Assembly (NCBI RefSeq): GCF_001194135.2
Contig: NC_068981.1
Span: 87,241,201 to 87,290,521 of the forward strand
DNA length: 49,321 bases
Reading direction: 5' to 3'
Origin: Octopus bimaculoides
Taxonomy: Eukaryota
Shown: in pieces, positions 40,161-47,877 of the stretch
Position numbering within the stretch: position 1 is the stretch's first letter
How the letters are laid out: each line of letters opens with the position of its first letter
Made by a program: the position numbers and the translations under genes
Notes under the pieces: generated by a model
What the model was told of the DNA's origin: nothing
What the model saw: the letters and a program-made list of their open reading frames with translations, nothing else
Database searches by the model: none

Positions 40161-41898
40161 CATAACTACATGTGAACTGCTGGCGATTTTTTCCTCCGTC
40201 TTCCTTTTCTCTTGAACTTTCCTGTCACCTGTTTCTGAAGGAGAGCTTTGATCGAAACGTAAAACACCCTTTCTTTCCTTCCTTGAGCGACGTTTAATAG
40301 TTTGCATGTACCGCGTCCTCGCGCTGTTGTTTTGTTTTCTTTTTCTTGTTCTGTTTATTTCTTAGTTTTTTTAACCAAATTACAAAGCGAATTCGCACAT
40401 CTACTTCATTCACCGTCTTTGAAATCTATACTCATTCAAATTATCATGCCATTACAAAAACGTCTATCTCATTACAATCACTCCTGAGGTGTTTCGTTAC
40501 AAACGTCACTCAGCTGTATCATTACACTCCTCACCGAGTCATTTCATTGGAATTTGCCTGATTTGCGTTTTTACAGACATCGCTAAAATTTCATTTCAAC
40601 TATCTCATTACAATCAACATTGATTTGTGTCATTTTGTTTTTACCATAGTTGAGCGTAGCATTAATAACACTGTTGGAGTGTTTCATTGCAACCACTACT
40701 ACCGAGTTGCATCATTACCACAACCTCTTAGGTGTTTCAATACTGAGCTGAGCTTCGTCATTGGAACTATTATCTGTACCATCAAAACCACATCACAGCT
40801 ACTACTGGTTATGTCACAATAGCAACTGCTGAGTTATCATTGTAGCCACCATTGTGCTGTTTCTTTACAACTGCCACTGAGCTATGTTATGTAAAGCAAT
40901 ACTAAGTTGTCTCATTACAACTAATGTATTTTCACATTTTGATGTGTTACAATGTTCGATTTTTCTTATAAATCTTCATTATTCTTTTTAAATTATTTCC
41001 CTATTATTTTAATTTTTCTTATAAATATTTAAGTTATTTCACATTTTCGTTTCCTTTTCATACTTTATTCATTTATAATTTCGATCATTTTTATAAAGTT
41101 ATTTAAAAACAGACTCAGCAATGTCATTTGATATATGTGAAAAAGATGAGATGGTATTAAGAAAATACATACAAAAGCCAGCCAGAGTCCATGTTTCCTG
41201 CTTCTATATTTAATGACGTTAACAATAAAGGGAGACACTGTAAAACAATTTGCATGGCGTTGCCAGGTTAGCAAGGTTATTCGACGTGCAAGAATAAATA
41301 CGAGAGAGTGCTGAAAAGTTCCTGGCTTTTAGGGTGTCGCGAAAAGCTTGGTTGGAGGCCCAACCTTCCGAGTTCTTTTACATGATTTAGAAAAACTGGA
41401 AGACCGCTGCAATAAGTGTGTGAATCTGAGAGGGGAATATGTCGAATAAAATTAACTAATTAACTGATCCTCCTATATTTTCTTTTTCTCAAAGCCAGGA
41501 ACTTTCCGGCGCCCTCTCGTATTTATATATTTCGGAGTTTAGACATTGGAAAGATTTTGCTTCTTTTCTTTTTTCCTTTTTCGGTTGGGGTGTTTTATTT
41601 TGTTTGTTTTTTTTTTCTCTCTTTTAGTGTGTAGCATATTATCTCCGATATCAAAATAAATATATAAATACATTATTTAAGTTGTTACATTGGCTTTCTT
41701 ATGTCCTCTTTTATGTCTCATAATGTAAAAAAATTACAAATGGAATGGTAGAGGAAATATATTGTTTGAACATAAGTTTATTAATGTATTATCTACTTAC
41801 CAACTTAAAAAACGACACCTTGCCGCCACTTTTAGTTTCACTTTTGGCTTTACTTTTAGTTTCACTTTCTTTGTTGTTAACTTCCCAATCATTCGAAA
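377..41898 (-). CDS. ABCB1: ABCB1/P-glycoprotein (MDR1-like) ABC transporter, multi-exon, partial (N-terminal tail, TMD1, first part of NBD1); start codon and 3' half not seen
   Basis: Nine GT-AG exons whose translations follow the human ABCB1 order (VSFFKL|FRYA..., [42 protein letters not shown]). Phases join consistently from 30122 down to 24069 and from 12251 down to 377. Family is clear; exact paralogue (ABCB1/4/5/11-like) not resolvable without phylogeny. Confidence 0.93.
930..1235 (-). mobile_element. SINE family C 3' part plus (TG)n
   Basis: ttgtttcagtcc..tatgctggagtacc..ctagtacatattctgtcgg..gtagacaaacc; (GT)n at 1200-1232. Confidence 0.65.
4631..4850 (+). mobile_element. tRNA-derived SINE, family A (core GCCTTTCATCCTTTCG.GGTCGATAAAATAAGTACCAG)
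   Basis: aggcggcgaactgacagaatcgttagcacgccggg head, gagttcaaat B box, shared core. Near-identical copies elsewhere in the window. Confidence 0.85.
4908..5235 (+). mobile_element. SINE family B, 5'-truncated
   Basis: Starts at B box ttcgattcccagaccggg; near-identical body. Confidence 0.87.
5820..5977 (+). mobile_element. SINE family A, diverged copy
   Basis: gagttggcagaatcattagc head and ctttgcctttcatcttttcgagg core. Confidence 0.75.
5980..6150 (+). mobile_element. SINE family C 3' part
   Basis: ccccccaccatcgcatgacaaccgatg..gtgctccagcatggccgcagtcaaatgactgaaa. Confidence 0.75.
7790..8244 (+). mobile_element. Mariner (Tc1/mariner) transposase 3' relic with right TIR
   Basis: Frameshifted [20 protein letters not shown] (YSPDLAPSDF motif), [19 protein letters not shown]. 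Ends tttcagctgaccatcata (mariner-type TIR + TA). Confidence 0.85.
8433..8790 (-). mobile_element. Copy of the tRNA-head/(AAT)n/hammerhead element with A-box deletion and an inverted tail fragment
   Basis: Same tail and B box as the 38945 copy. Head reads ggggttagta|cgccata on +, lacking about 20 nt including the A box. tatccgtcaaatgtaaataatg at about 8765-8786 is an inverted copy of the tail end. Confidence 0.8.
8510..8555 (-). ncRNA. Minimal type I hammerhead motif, core intact
   Basis: GACAC-CTGATGA-A-GGCTG gagggtatat CAGCC-GAAA-CG-TT-GTGAT. Stem II perfect; one mismatch in stem I. Confidence 0.78.
9207..9332 (-). CDS. ABCB1: ABCB1 exon, NBD1 Walker A: [42 protein letters not shown]
   Basis: attttAG / GTAAGT boundaries, 126 nt (human exon 12 length), Walker A GTSGCGKS. 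Confidence 0.96.
10124..11146 (+). mobile_element. 3' end of Tx1/L1-clade LINE (zf-RVT C-terminal domain, 3' UTR, A-rich tail)
   Basis: ORF 10218-10883 with W...[26 protein letters not shown] (CX2CX7HX4C knuckle) and a later VWKTR motif. AATAAA at 11135-11140 in A-rich end. 5' part lost in N gap. Confidence 0.85.
11160..11800 (+). mobile_element. Possible LTR-like or other repeat relic downstream of the Tx1 tail
   Basis: TATA-like tatatatataa, then aataaa, gtgtctctc and a terminal ..gtactaca resemble U3-R-U5 order. No second LTR or coding region seen. Confidence 0.25.
12141..12251 (-). CDS. ABCB1: ABCB1 exon, start of NBD1 with A-loop: [37 protein letters not shown]
   Basis: ttttcAG / GTAAGT boundaries, 111 nt (human exon 11 length), PSID and F.YPSRP motifs. 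Confidence 0.95.
12365..12795 (-). mobile_element. tRNA-derived SINE, family C, with internal (TA/TG)n microsatellite
   Basis: Head reverse complement (cttcttaccacacagctacacc, gaatccgaaaccatgtg) 12641-12795; microsatellite/gap 12506-12640; 3' part (ggccatgctgg..ctaagttgcggggac) 12365-12505. Confidence 0.8.
14035..14345. mobile_element. Head-to-head pair of truncated copies of the same hammerhead element
   Basis: Minus copy about 14035-14228 (tail + (AAT)n; HHR core mutated to CTGATAA at 14097-14142). Plus copy from caggcagtgacc (about 14231) to about 14345, with the HHR internally deleted (aaatttcc joined to tcaaatgtaaat). Confidence 0.8.
14855..14995 (-). mobile_element. SINE family B, 3' fragment, inverted relative to the 15174 copy
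   Basis: tggcactccgtcgg..cgtacccttaacgtagttctc is the reverse complement of the family B 3' half. Confidence 0.78.
15174..15483 (+). mobile_element. SINE family B (3' end in gap)
   Basis: Near-identical to the 24698 copy. Confidence 0.88.
16530..17420 (+). mobile_element. Probable Penelope-like 3' UTR/pseudo-LTR relic (pyrimidine-rich, carries HHR)
   Basis: Strongly strand-biased C/T-rich sequence ending shortly after an HHR motif. No coding match seen; boundaries approximate. Confidence 0.4.
17229..17277 (+). ncRNA. Degenerate minimal hammerhead motif (second family) in a PLE-like 3' tail
   Basis: GTCT-CTGATGA-A-GGGATAT ccata ATATCCC-A-GAAT-CAGCTG-TA-AGAC. Stem I GTCT/AGAC, 7-bp stem II, palindromic CAGCTG helix III, GUA triplet. 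GAAA mutated to GAAT. Confidence 0.65.
18600..21125 (-). mobile_element. 5'-truncated Penelope-like retroelement (RT C-half, thumb, GIY-YIG endonuclease) with inverted pseudo-LTR
   Basis: Minus strand: [12 protein letters not shown] then LYRDDAF (YRDD at 20629-20640). Thumb ORF 19957-20553 ([15 protein letters not shown].., WYTPPFS). Endonuclease ORF 19105-19608 ([29 protein letters not shown]). 18772-19062 is repeated inverted at 20831-21125. Stops and frameshifts present. Confidence 0.9.
19105..19608 (-). pseudogene. GIY-YIG endonuclease domain of Penelope-like element
   Basis: VIY...YTG bipartite motif, R in KQRF, Cys-containing linker [11 protein letters not shown] and CRLC. Confidence 0.88.
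22891..23650. repeat. Imperfect foldback (arms about 22891-23273 and 23310-23650), each arm carrying a degenerate hammerhead motif
   Basis: Arms are mutually reverse-complementary (e.g. gaagactctacgctagcatcaagtttataa vs ttataaacttgatgcgagcgtagagtcttc). Minus HHR 22913-22998: TTCAC-CTGATGA...GAAA-CAGCTA-TA-GTGAA. Plus HHR 23567-23628: TTCAC-CTGGTGA...GAAA-CAACTG-TA-GTGAA. Confidence 0.8.
24069..24240 (-). CDS. ABCB1: ABCB1 exon, TM5: [57 protein letters not shown]
   Basis: ttttcAG / GTAAGT boundaries, 172 nt (human exon 9 length), YALGFWY motif. Confidence 0.95.
24698..25068 (+). mobile_element. tRNA-derived SINE, family B, full length
   Basis: gtggaggcgcaatggcccagtggttagggcagcgg (A box), ggtttcgattccc (B box), body ..gtacacgtgtctgtggagtgctcagccacttg..ggagtgccaac. 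Possible TSD ccccagctgg / ccacagctgg. Confidence 0.88.
25085..25870 (+). mobile_element. Heavily decayed non-LTR retrotransposon RT fragment, R4/Dong-like
   Basis: [12 protein letters not shown] at about 25330-25365 (cf. YMDDIKLYA). Further on [11 protein letters not shown] and [14 protein letters not shown] pieces (cf. INTFAIPVI..LDRKTRK..HHPK.D). Many stops; split by a CA microsatellite. Confidence 0.55.
25895..26760 (-). mobile_element. Penelope-like retroelement fragment (RT core to thumb), frameshifted
   Basis: [14 protein letters not shown] (about 26660-26710), [25 protein letters not shown] (YRDD 26399-26410), [18 protein letters not shown], then shifted frame [18 protein letters not shown]. 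Confidence 0.88.
27094..27227. repeat. (TAG)n microsatellite with small gap
   Basis: Direct reading. Confidence 0.95.
27425..27600 (-). mobile_element. SINE family C head
   Basis: ggcttccacagtttcc..agaagacactgcgc..gcttcttgaccgcacaaccatg. Confidence 0.7.
27670..27794 (-). CDS. ABCB1: ABCB1 exon, ICL2: [42 protein letters not shown]
   Basis: ttaatAG / GTAAGT boundaries, 125 nt (human exon 8 length), AYAKAG..AEE..IRTV.AFGG motif. Not in the ORF track; read directly from sequence. Confidence 0.96.
27920..28480 (-). mobile_element. SINE family C 3' part plus degenerate CA-rich microsatellite
   Basis: tttcagtcattagattgtggccatgctggagc..ttggttgtcaagccgtgg followed by (CA/CG)-rich repeats. Confidence 0.7.
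29019..29340. mobile_element. SINE family A: plus-strand head, short inverted head, (AAT)n, and a minus-strand copy
   Basis: aaggctgcaagctagcagaatcg at about 29019; aatctgccagctctctgcctt at about 29113-29134; (AAT)n 29135-29190; reverse-complement core 29190-29340. Confidence 0.75.
29396..29567 (-). CDS. ABCB1: ABCB1 exon, TM3-TM4: [57 protein letters not shown]
   Basis: tcctAG / GTAAGT boundaries, 172 nt (same length as human exon 7), WKLSLV motif. Confidence 0.95.
29706..29915 (-). mobile_element. SINE family A copy
   Basis: Reverse complement of head/core: aactggtacttattttatcgac..gatgaaaagcaaagtcggcctcggcagaatttgaactc..ctaccagctcaccacctt. Confidence 0.85.
29951..30122 (-). CDS. ABCB1: ABCB1 exon, TM2/ICL1: [57 protein letters not shown](D)
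   Basis: Donor GTAAGT at 29945-29950. Aligns to human GIGAGVLVAAYIQVSFW...RQEIGWFD. Acceptor taken as tctttAG at 30123-30124. The frame stays open to about 30203, so the 5' boundary is uncertain. Confidence 0.88.
30649..30872. repeat. Perfect palindrome: two 110-bp arms, 4-nt spacer (atta)
   Basis: 30649-30758 is the exact reverse complement of 30763-30872, checked block by block. Confidence 0.97.
32295..33015. repeat. SINE family C 3' fragment followed by about 620 bp of complex (TA/CA/TG)n microsatellite
   Basis: ctagtacttattctatcggt..ggttgtcaag at 32295-32395, then low-complexity tract. The YIYI-type ORFs here are artefacts. Confidence 0.85.
33584..33681 (-). other. Candidate ABCB1 extracellular-loop-1 exon containing an in-frame TAA (33594-33596)
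   Basis: 98 nt between tgttAG and GTGAGT. Phase 2 to 1, exactly what is needed to join the 35709 and 30122 exons. Reads (I)[31 protein letters not shown](G), resembling human MTRYAYYYSG. The stop codon and weak polypyrimidine tract lower confidence. Confidence 0.35.
34965..35175 (-). mobile_element. SINE family A copy
   Basis: Reverse-complement core gaaggcaaagtcggcctcggcggaatttgaactcag..taacgattctgagtagctcgccg. Confidence 0.85.
35709..35854 (-). CDS. ABCB1: ABCB1 exon, elbow helix + TM1: [48 protein letters not shown]
   Basis: tttttcAG acceptor, GTAAGT donor, 146 nt (phase 0 to 2). Aligns to human [33 protein letters not shown]. NIT sequon at the start of extracellular loop 1. Confidence 0.93.
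36065..36305 (+). mobile_element. SINE family C head followed by (CATA)n
   Basis: gactatgtggttaaaaa..gattcgggtgcagtcc..gttgacggaaac, then (CATA)n 36250-36305. Confidence 0.6.
37830..38430 (+). mobile_element. Possible decayed Penelope-like fragment
   Basis: GPNYQ motif near 37875 and [29 protein letters not shown] (thumb-like) near 38310-38400. Fragmentary. Confidence 0.4.
38945..39235 (-). mobile_element. Composite SINE-like element: tRNA-like head + (AAT)n + hammerhead-bearing tail (most complete copy)
   Basis: Minus strand: GGCGTAGTGATTAAGAGCGCGGGCTACTAACCCCAAGATTCCGAGTTCGATTCCAGGC (A box, anticodon-like stem GGG-CTACTAA-CCC, B box GAGTTCGATTCC). Then (AAT)n, then a tail shared with the 8433 and 14035 loci that carries the HHR. 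Confidence 0.85.
39008..39053 (-). ncRNA. Minimal type I hammerhead ribozyme motif, core intact
   Basis: GACAC-CTGATGA-A-GGCTG gaggatatat TAGCC-GAAA-CG-TT-GTGTT. Stem I GACAC/GTGTT, stem II GGCTG/TAGCC, palindromic ACGT helix III, GUU cleavage triplet (predicted cut between 39013 and 39012). Confidence 0.8.
39233..39858 (+). mobile_element. Second, inverted copy of the tRNA-head/hammerhead element (interrupted by N gap and unrelated sequence)
   Basis: CGTAGTGGTTAAGAGCGTGGGCTACT at 39233-39258 (head start), then gap. Tail at about 39665-39858 (aataataat..aaaaataccttaggaatgagaacccaggttcg..) is the reverse complement of 38945-39110. Confidence 0.75.
39733..39778 (+). ncRNA. Minimal type I hammerhead motif (helix III C to T variant)
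   Basis: GACAC-CTGATGA-A-GGCTG..TAGCC-GAAA-TG-TT-GTGTT. Core intact; helix III C-G pair replaced by U-G. Confidence 0.7.
40231..40265 (+). ncRNA. Degenerate minimal hammerhead motif (further family) in a short PLE-like tail (about 40190-40345)
   Basis: GTTT-CTGAAGG-A-GAGC ttt GATC-GAAA-CG-TA-AAAC. Stem I GTTT/AAAC, ACGT helix III, GUA triplet. One core substitution and one stem II mismatch. Confidence 0.6.
41299..41521. mobile_element. Mariner-derived MITE with about 30-bp TIRs and TA target site
   Basis: TAcgagagagtgctgaaaagttcctggctt ... aagccaggaactttccggcgccctctcgTA. Internal sequence resembles the mariner 3' end. Confidence 0.88.
41801..41898 (-). CDS. ABCB1: ABCB1 exon, N-terminal cytoplasmic tail: [32 protein letters not shown]
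   Basis: Acceptor ttttcAG, donor GTAAGT, 98 nt (phase 1 to 0). VSFFKL joins in frame to FRYA of the next exon, the typical ABCB1 junction. No in-frame ATG, so an upstream coding exon is required. Confidence 0.85.
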
Positions 41899-41995
41899 CT
41901 GAAAATCAAATTTAGTTCATCTGTTAAATTTTTACGACACAATACAATCACATATTTCAAACAGTATTATATGTCACACAATTTAATTATCTCTA

Positions 41996-42215
41996 CAAGG
42001 CGGCGAGCTGGGAGAAATGTTAGCACGCCGGGCGAAATGCTTAGCGGTATTTCGTCTGTCTTTACGTTCTGAGTTTAAATTCCATCGAGATCGACTTTGC
42101 CTTCCTTTCTTTAGGGGTCGATAAATTAAGTACTAGTTGCATACTGGGGTCGATTTAATCGACTGGTCCCCTCCCCCAAAATTTCGGGCCTTGTGCCTAG
42201 AGTAGAAAAGAATTT
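41996..42215 (+). mobile_element. SINE family A copy
   Basis: aaggcggcgagctgggagaaatgttagcacgccggg..ggggtcgataaattaagtactag..gccttgtgcctagagtagaaaag. Confidence 0.87.
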
Positions 42216-42564
42216 AATTATCTCTACGAAATTTTAGTCACAATTCTGCCAAACTCTTCTTAACCTTAAATATATATGTTATTTTGATTTATCATCAATC
42301 AGTGATAGCACTTTATACGTGATCGCTGACTAAGCAATTAAAAGTGAAAATATATCTACAATTTGAACTAAAATTTATATTTTAGAAGGAAATATTAATT
42401 ACTTTATTTAATAATTTTTATTATATTAAAACATTAAGTGAAGATAGAAGTATTAAAATACCAACAAAAAAATTAGGTACAATTGACTTCAAAATGACAC
42501 TTAATTTATTTTGTCCCCACGAGTTGATGTATTAATTAAAGCTGATTCTATAGTTTAGCCTTTT

Positions 42565-42810
42565 CTTTTACTTGCTTCAATCGTTGAACTGGGGCACCGC
42601 CTTGAAGGGTTTTAGTTGAACAAATCGACTCCCATTATTTATTAAGTCTGGTATATATCCTGTCGGTCCTTTTTGCAAAACTGCTAAGTTATGGGGACGT
42701 AAACAAAGCAACAGCGGTTGTCAAAAGATAGCTGGGTGACAAACACAAACACAGAGACATGCACACACACAATCACGCGTTCACTCACAAGGCTTTGGTC
42801 GGTTCGGGGG
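42565..42810 (-). mobile_element. SINE family C, partial
   Basis: ggcaccgccttgaagggttttagttgaac..ctaagttatggggacgtaaac..cactcacaaggctttggtcgg. Confidence 0.78.
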
Positions 42811-44083
42811 TTAGACTTTAAAAAATTAAATCAGAAGAATAAAGTGGAAAGAAATTGAAATGCAAATATCAAAAATGAATAGTCGAGCAAAATAACCTGT
42901 ACGACTAGAATCTTTGGATCGGCCAGGTTCTAAAGATATGTATTTTCATTTTCTGTAAAATCTTTAAAAACGCAATAAAACGTAAGATCAGAAAAAAAGA
43001 ACTGAAATACAAGGAGCACCTGCTGATTATAACAAATGAATCACTCTTTTGTTAGAGATTTTGAAAAGCAGTTTTATGTCAATCTAAGTTTCATTGATCA
43101 TTTAGATAGGCTAGTGCTTTTCTAAATTTGCAGGCTGGTTCACCTTTGAGTGTAGCATTGATGAACGTCATATTTTGTAATTTTTTTAGTCACATCGGGT
43201 GTCTTTCAAGTCATGCTTTTTCTTTTTCTTTCAAGTGTGTTCCAGAATTTGTTCCAGTACATAAGAACACACTATTTAGCATCATTGCTGATGATGATTT
43301 CAAACTGTTGCTGTCTCCTTTATATACTCTGGTCCGATTTCGTTGGTTCTACCAGAAAATTTCATATGGTGAGTGAACTCTATCTGCTTTCTCTGTTCGT
43401 TGGGTGAACACACATGAAATGATCTTCATGATCTTTATATTAGATCTGCTATCAAGATGTTTATTTTTGCATCGGTTGACATAAGAAGGCTTTGGAGACC
43501 CAGGTGCTTATTGGAAACAAGGTTCAAAGCATATAAGTGGTGGATTTGTCTTTTGCTATTTAAATTTTCTAGCCACGATTTCGTATCTAGAACTCGTAAC
43601 CTTTTGTTGAGATGTTTGAACGAGTAACCGATAGTAACTACTCATATTATGCTTTTGTAGATGGAGTTTACTAGCTGCGGGATCATTTCCATGGCATGTT
43701 TTTTTTTTCTGTTTCCTGGTTGTCATCTTGTAGAGTAGTTTTAATTATCTACACAACTAGAGTACATTACTGTACTTCTCAATTAGGAACGAAAATTTCA
43801 GGCCTGATGCCTATAGTAGAAAGGATTATGTAATTTATTATTAAATTTAAATTGTGCCTTTTTGTATGTTTTTTTTTATACTAGAACCAACAGAATGTGC
43901 TATCACCTTATTTGCTCATGATCTCTTGGAGTTTAGACGGATTTAGTCCACCCCTTTCAACGTTCAGTGGGAGGTCTTCTTTACTGCTGAAATAATTACG
44001 GGTGGTTCAAATTATTCTGTTCTGGCGGAGTGAGATGTTTTAGATAGTCATCCACATGTGTAAGTTTTATTAGGAGTTTTAGT

Positions 44084-47000
44084 CAGAGCCAATTTCAAGC
44101 CAATTATATAGATTTATTCAAACTGAGCCCCGCACTAAGAGAGGACCCTGCGCACCCACTCGAGTGGAGGACGCTATGATTAAATAAAAAAAACCTTTGA
44201 CTGCGTCAAGCAAAAATAATCGCACGATTCTTTTTACCTTTTCGGGCGACAAGCGTATGACATTAGAAAATGATATTTATTAACTGATATTTATTTTCTG
44301 CGAAATGAGTGCATGACAACATCTGACAAGGCAGTGCATCATAATGAGCTCAGCTCACCTAACTCAACAAACAGCGAAGGGTAAGTTACGCCGTTGATTA
44401 CCCTGAGGCATTTTCCTATAGCGTATCTCTCAAGTTATTTTGTTTAAAGGTATGTATTTATGTATATAGATAGATTTTTATAAAGATAGAAATACCTATA
44501 CCTCGCATAATAACGTGAAATAATCAAGATCACCCAACTTTCTTTGTGTACGATGATTTTTGGAAAACTGCAGCTCACTTTTGGTTAAAATAAAGAAAAT
44601 TATGTTTGTAAAAGGGTCTTCTCAGAAAATAAGATGTGATTAAATAAAGATAAATAAACATAAGAGATAAAAAGAAATTTCATTTTTTAGTATCCCAAAT
44701 AGCATATTTTAGGAAATGCACCAATTTTAATTAAAGCAGTCAAATGATTAATGAGTGTCCAGTGAACATGAAGTTTCTTGATACTGTGAATGCAATGAAA
44801 CTATTTAATTTGTTCTTGCATATCTATATTTCAATGTTTTCTTGCTTGTTGTTTGTTTATTTGTTTCCCAATTTCAGTTTAACATTGCCATTTATCTTGC
44901 ATGTCAAATTGCAACTTAAAGTCTTTAACCTGCATATAACAGAGAAACGGGGTTATAAGTAGATTCAATATCTACATATTAATTTAAATAGTTTTTATTT
45001 CATTATCATAGAGAATATTTACATTTCTATTTGCTAGAACTTGTTCTTTTGCACCCTATACTTTTCTTCTTACTCCAAGGCTTTTAAAATTAAAATTGAA
45101 ATATTTTGCTTTATAAGATGCATACATGCATATATCTATTATTTTTCAGTGCCAGGGTGTCTTTACTGTAAATGATTTTGTTTTGTAATTTCAGTTTATT
45201 GTCATCGTTTAACTTTTCTAAAAAAAAACAAAAGTAATAGAAAAAGCCCTTACATCACGGCAAGCATAATCAGAGATAGAGACGAAGGGCGAAACTGTCT
45301 GAGCGGCAATCAGAAACGAGCACTTGCCAAGGCTAAAGCAGCAGAAAATGAAAAACAAAGAGGTGCTATAACGAAACTGCTTGTTACTCCAGCTTTAAAG
45401 CAACGGCGTATTGAAGGTGAAGAAAACAAGAACGATTCAGAAAATGACAGGCATTAATCCAATTATAGTTGATGAATACAATGATGAAATTGGTAACAAC
45501 TTAGAAAGAGATGATGCCGCGGTGAATCAAGTTGAAGACAATGTCAACGCACCAGAAGACAGTACGAAAACTGGAAGTCCAGATATAATAGATGAAGACT
45601 ATGGCCAAACATCACACAGTCATGGCTCATCGACGAGTACAGTCATAGTTAGCATTTCTGATGACCCGGGCGACCAGCTGGCCAGCAGATGTAAGCCAAA
45701 ATTATTTAACAATGAAAGGCCCTTTTTCTACGAAGTGAAAGGGATTGTGTTTTTCAAAATTTCAATGTAAGACGAAACCTCCAAATGGTGAATGCCTCGA
45801 AAGACTTTGGATTAAATACCCCCAGTCTATTGCTTTTATTGTAAGCTTATTAGCAACAATACACTTGGTGCATTGTCAACAAATGTATTCAACAACTGAT
45901 CTAATCTTCATACAAGTTTATGTGAGCATGAAATTTCTAAGAGCTATTTGGAAGCCACGTGGAGACTGGGAGTTGTATCAAATACTTTGTAGTTGACAAA
46001 CCATTGACAAAGAACATGTAAAAATCATCAATGGACATGCAAATCACTGGTAGCAAGTTTTCAAGAAATGAATGAACTGCTGAACATTATGGCTACAACT
46101 ATTTTGAATGAGATATTCAAACGCATAAAAGCAGCTAAATACTACGCCATAATTTCAGACTGCACACCTGATATGAGTCACCGAGGAAAAATGGCTCTAA
46201 CGGTCAGGTATGTGTTTGATGGTCATTCGTCTCCTCTGGGTGTTTATGAAAGTTGATAGTAACACAGGAGAAGATTTCTATAAAACATTATTAAACTCAG
46301 TGAAGGAATTGAATTTAGACGTGAAAGACATTCGAGGCCAAGGCTATGACAGCAGTAGCAACATGCAAGGTGACATCTCTGGAGTACAAGGAAGACTGTT
46401 GAACGATAATTCAAGAGCTTCCTTTGCAACCTGTGCATGTCACAATTATAACCTTTTACTTGGAGATGCGGCCAAGTGTTGCCCGGAGGCTATAACATTC
46501 TTTGAGATTTTGCAAAAGATCTACGTATTCTTTTCAGCATTAAAACTAAGAGGTAAGCTTCAGTTTTTAAGAAACATGTACCTGACTCAACAGTGAAACC
46601 CTTAGTAGAACAAGGTGGGAGTGTCGGATTGATAGTGTTAAAGCTATCCGTTACCAGCTTGGAGAAGTATACAATGCGCTTCTGGAAATATCTGAGATAA
46701 CTGATGAGTCCACGACAAAAAAAGAGGCAGAATCTTTAACAAACCAACTAAAAGACAACAGATTTTTAGTTACTCTGGCATTTTAGCATGAAGTACTTTT
46801 TAAGATTAACTTTGTAAACAAAGAACTACAGGGGAAAACAAAAAACATTGATGAAAGCTTGGAGTCATTTGAAAAGCTTTTGTAATGGTTAAAAATCTAC
46901 AAAGGGGGAGGTTTTGATGATGTCTTAATAGGCACAAATGAATTGACTGAAGCTGTTGAATTACCACTGGAGTTAAGAACGTTTCAAGAAAAAGGACTGC

Positions 47001-47877
47001 GTAGAAAAAAGTGATATTTTGATACGACGCAAAAGATGAAACTAGATGATCCAGAAGAAGCATAAAAAGTTCAGTGCTTCAATTTCGTGCTATTCAGGCT
47101 CTAGAGTCTAAATTTCAGCAGCTTAAAAGCTACGTGAAATTATGTGCATTTTTAAATAAGTTCCAGAGCTTACAAAAGGCAGAAATTAGGAAGCACACTG
47201 CAGACTTTGAAGCAGCTTTATCGGAAACCACACTAAGACAGCACTGACGGAGAGGTAGTTATTGAAACAACTAAAGACGTGAATGGTTATCTGTTGGTCG
47301 CAAAACTTGAAGCTCTAAAAACTTTTCTTCCTTTCAATGCTGTTAAGCCTCCATCTCTGCTTGAATACATGACAACAAACAATCGATTCATTGCTTTTCT
47401 TAATGTTTTTATTGCTTTGAGGGTTTACTTAATAATGACCGTAACAGTCGCATCAGGTGAAAGAAGTTTTTCAAAGCTAAAACTGATTGAAACATACCTA
47501 CGGTCAACAATTTCACAAGAGAGACTAAATAGTTTGGTGATGCTATCTATAGAAAATGACGTTACAAAACCATTGACTTTGAAATGATTTTGAAGAACTC
47601 CTCAGATAAAAAAAAATAATAAAAAGTTAGAAAAGTTTGTTTTTAGAAGGCCTATTCACAAGCAGTTTGTCAGTAATTATCTTGACTAGTAATAAAACAT
47701 TAAAATTTTCATATGTGCTTTCAATTTTTAGTATATCATTGTGACTAATATGGAGCCCGCAACGCTTTTTTGGCTGGGACTGGCATACTACACGAAGCAT
47801 AAAACATCATTCCTCAGCTATTGTAGAGTAGAGGGCGCCACTCTAATTAGGCCCCGAACTTCCTAACTCCGGCATTG
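44084..47877 (+). mobile_element. Decayed hAT transposon (ZMYM1/DUF4371-like transposase) with degenerate ends
   Basis: Left end CAGAGCCAATTTCAAG; right end reverse complement CAATGCCGGAGTTAG. Flanking 8-mers gttttagt (44076-44083) and gcttttgt (47878-47885) match 6/8. GC-rich subterminal gggcccc-like motifs. Boundaries are inferred. Confidence 0.7.
45250..47587 (+). pseudogene. hAT transposase pseudogene
   Basis: Fragments: VYCFYCKL (TTF zinc finger), YYAIISDCTPDMSH (first D), RGQGYDSSSNMQG (second D), CACHNYNLLLGDA (CxxH), TRWECRID-like, VASGERSFSKLKLIETYLRSTISQERLNSLVMLSIE (dimerisation domain with catalytic E). Multiple stops, frameshifts and an internal deletion. Confidence 0.92.

Noticed and set aside
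46699-46725. CTGATGA-GTC-cac-GAC-AAAA hammerhead look-alike
   Set aside because: Lies in hAT transposase coding frame (ITDESTTK); lacks GAAA, helix III and stem I.
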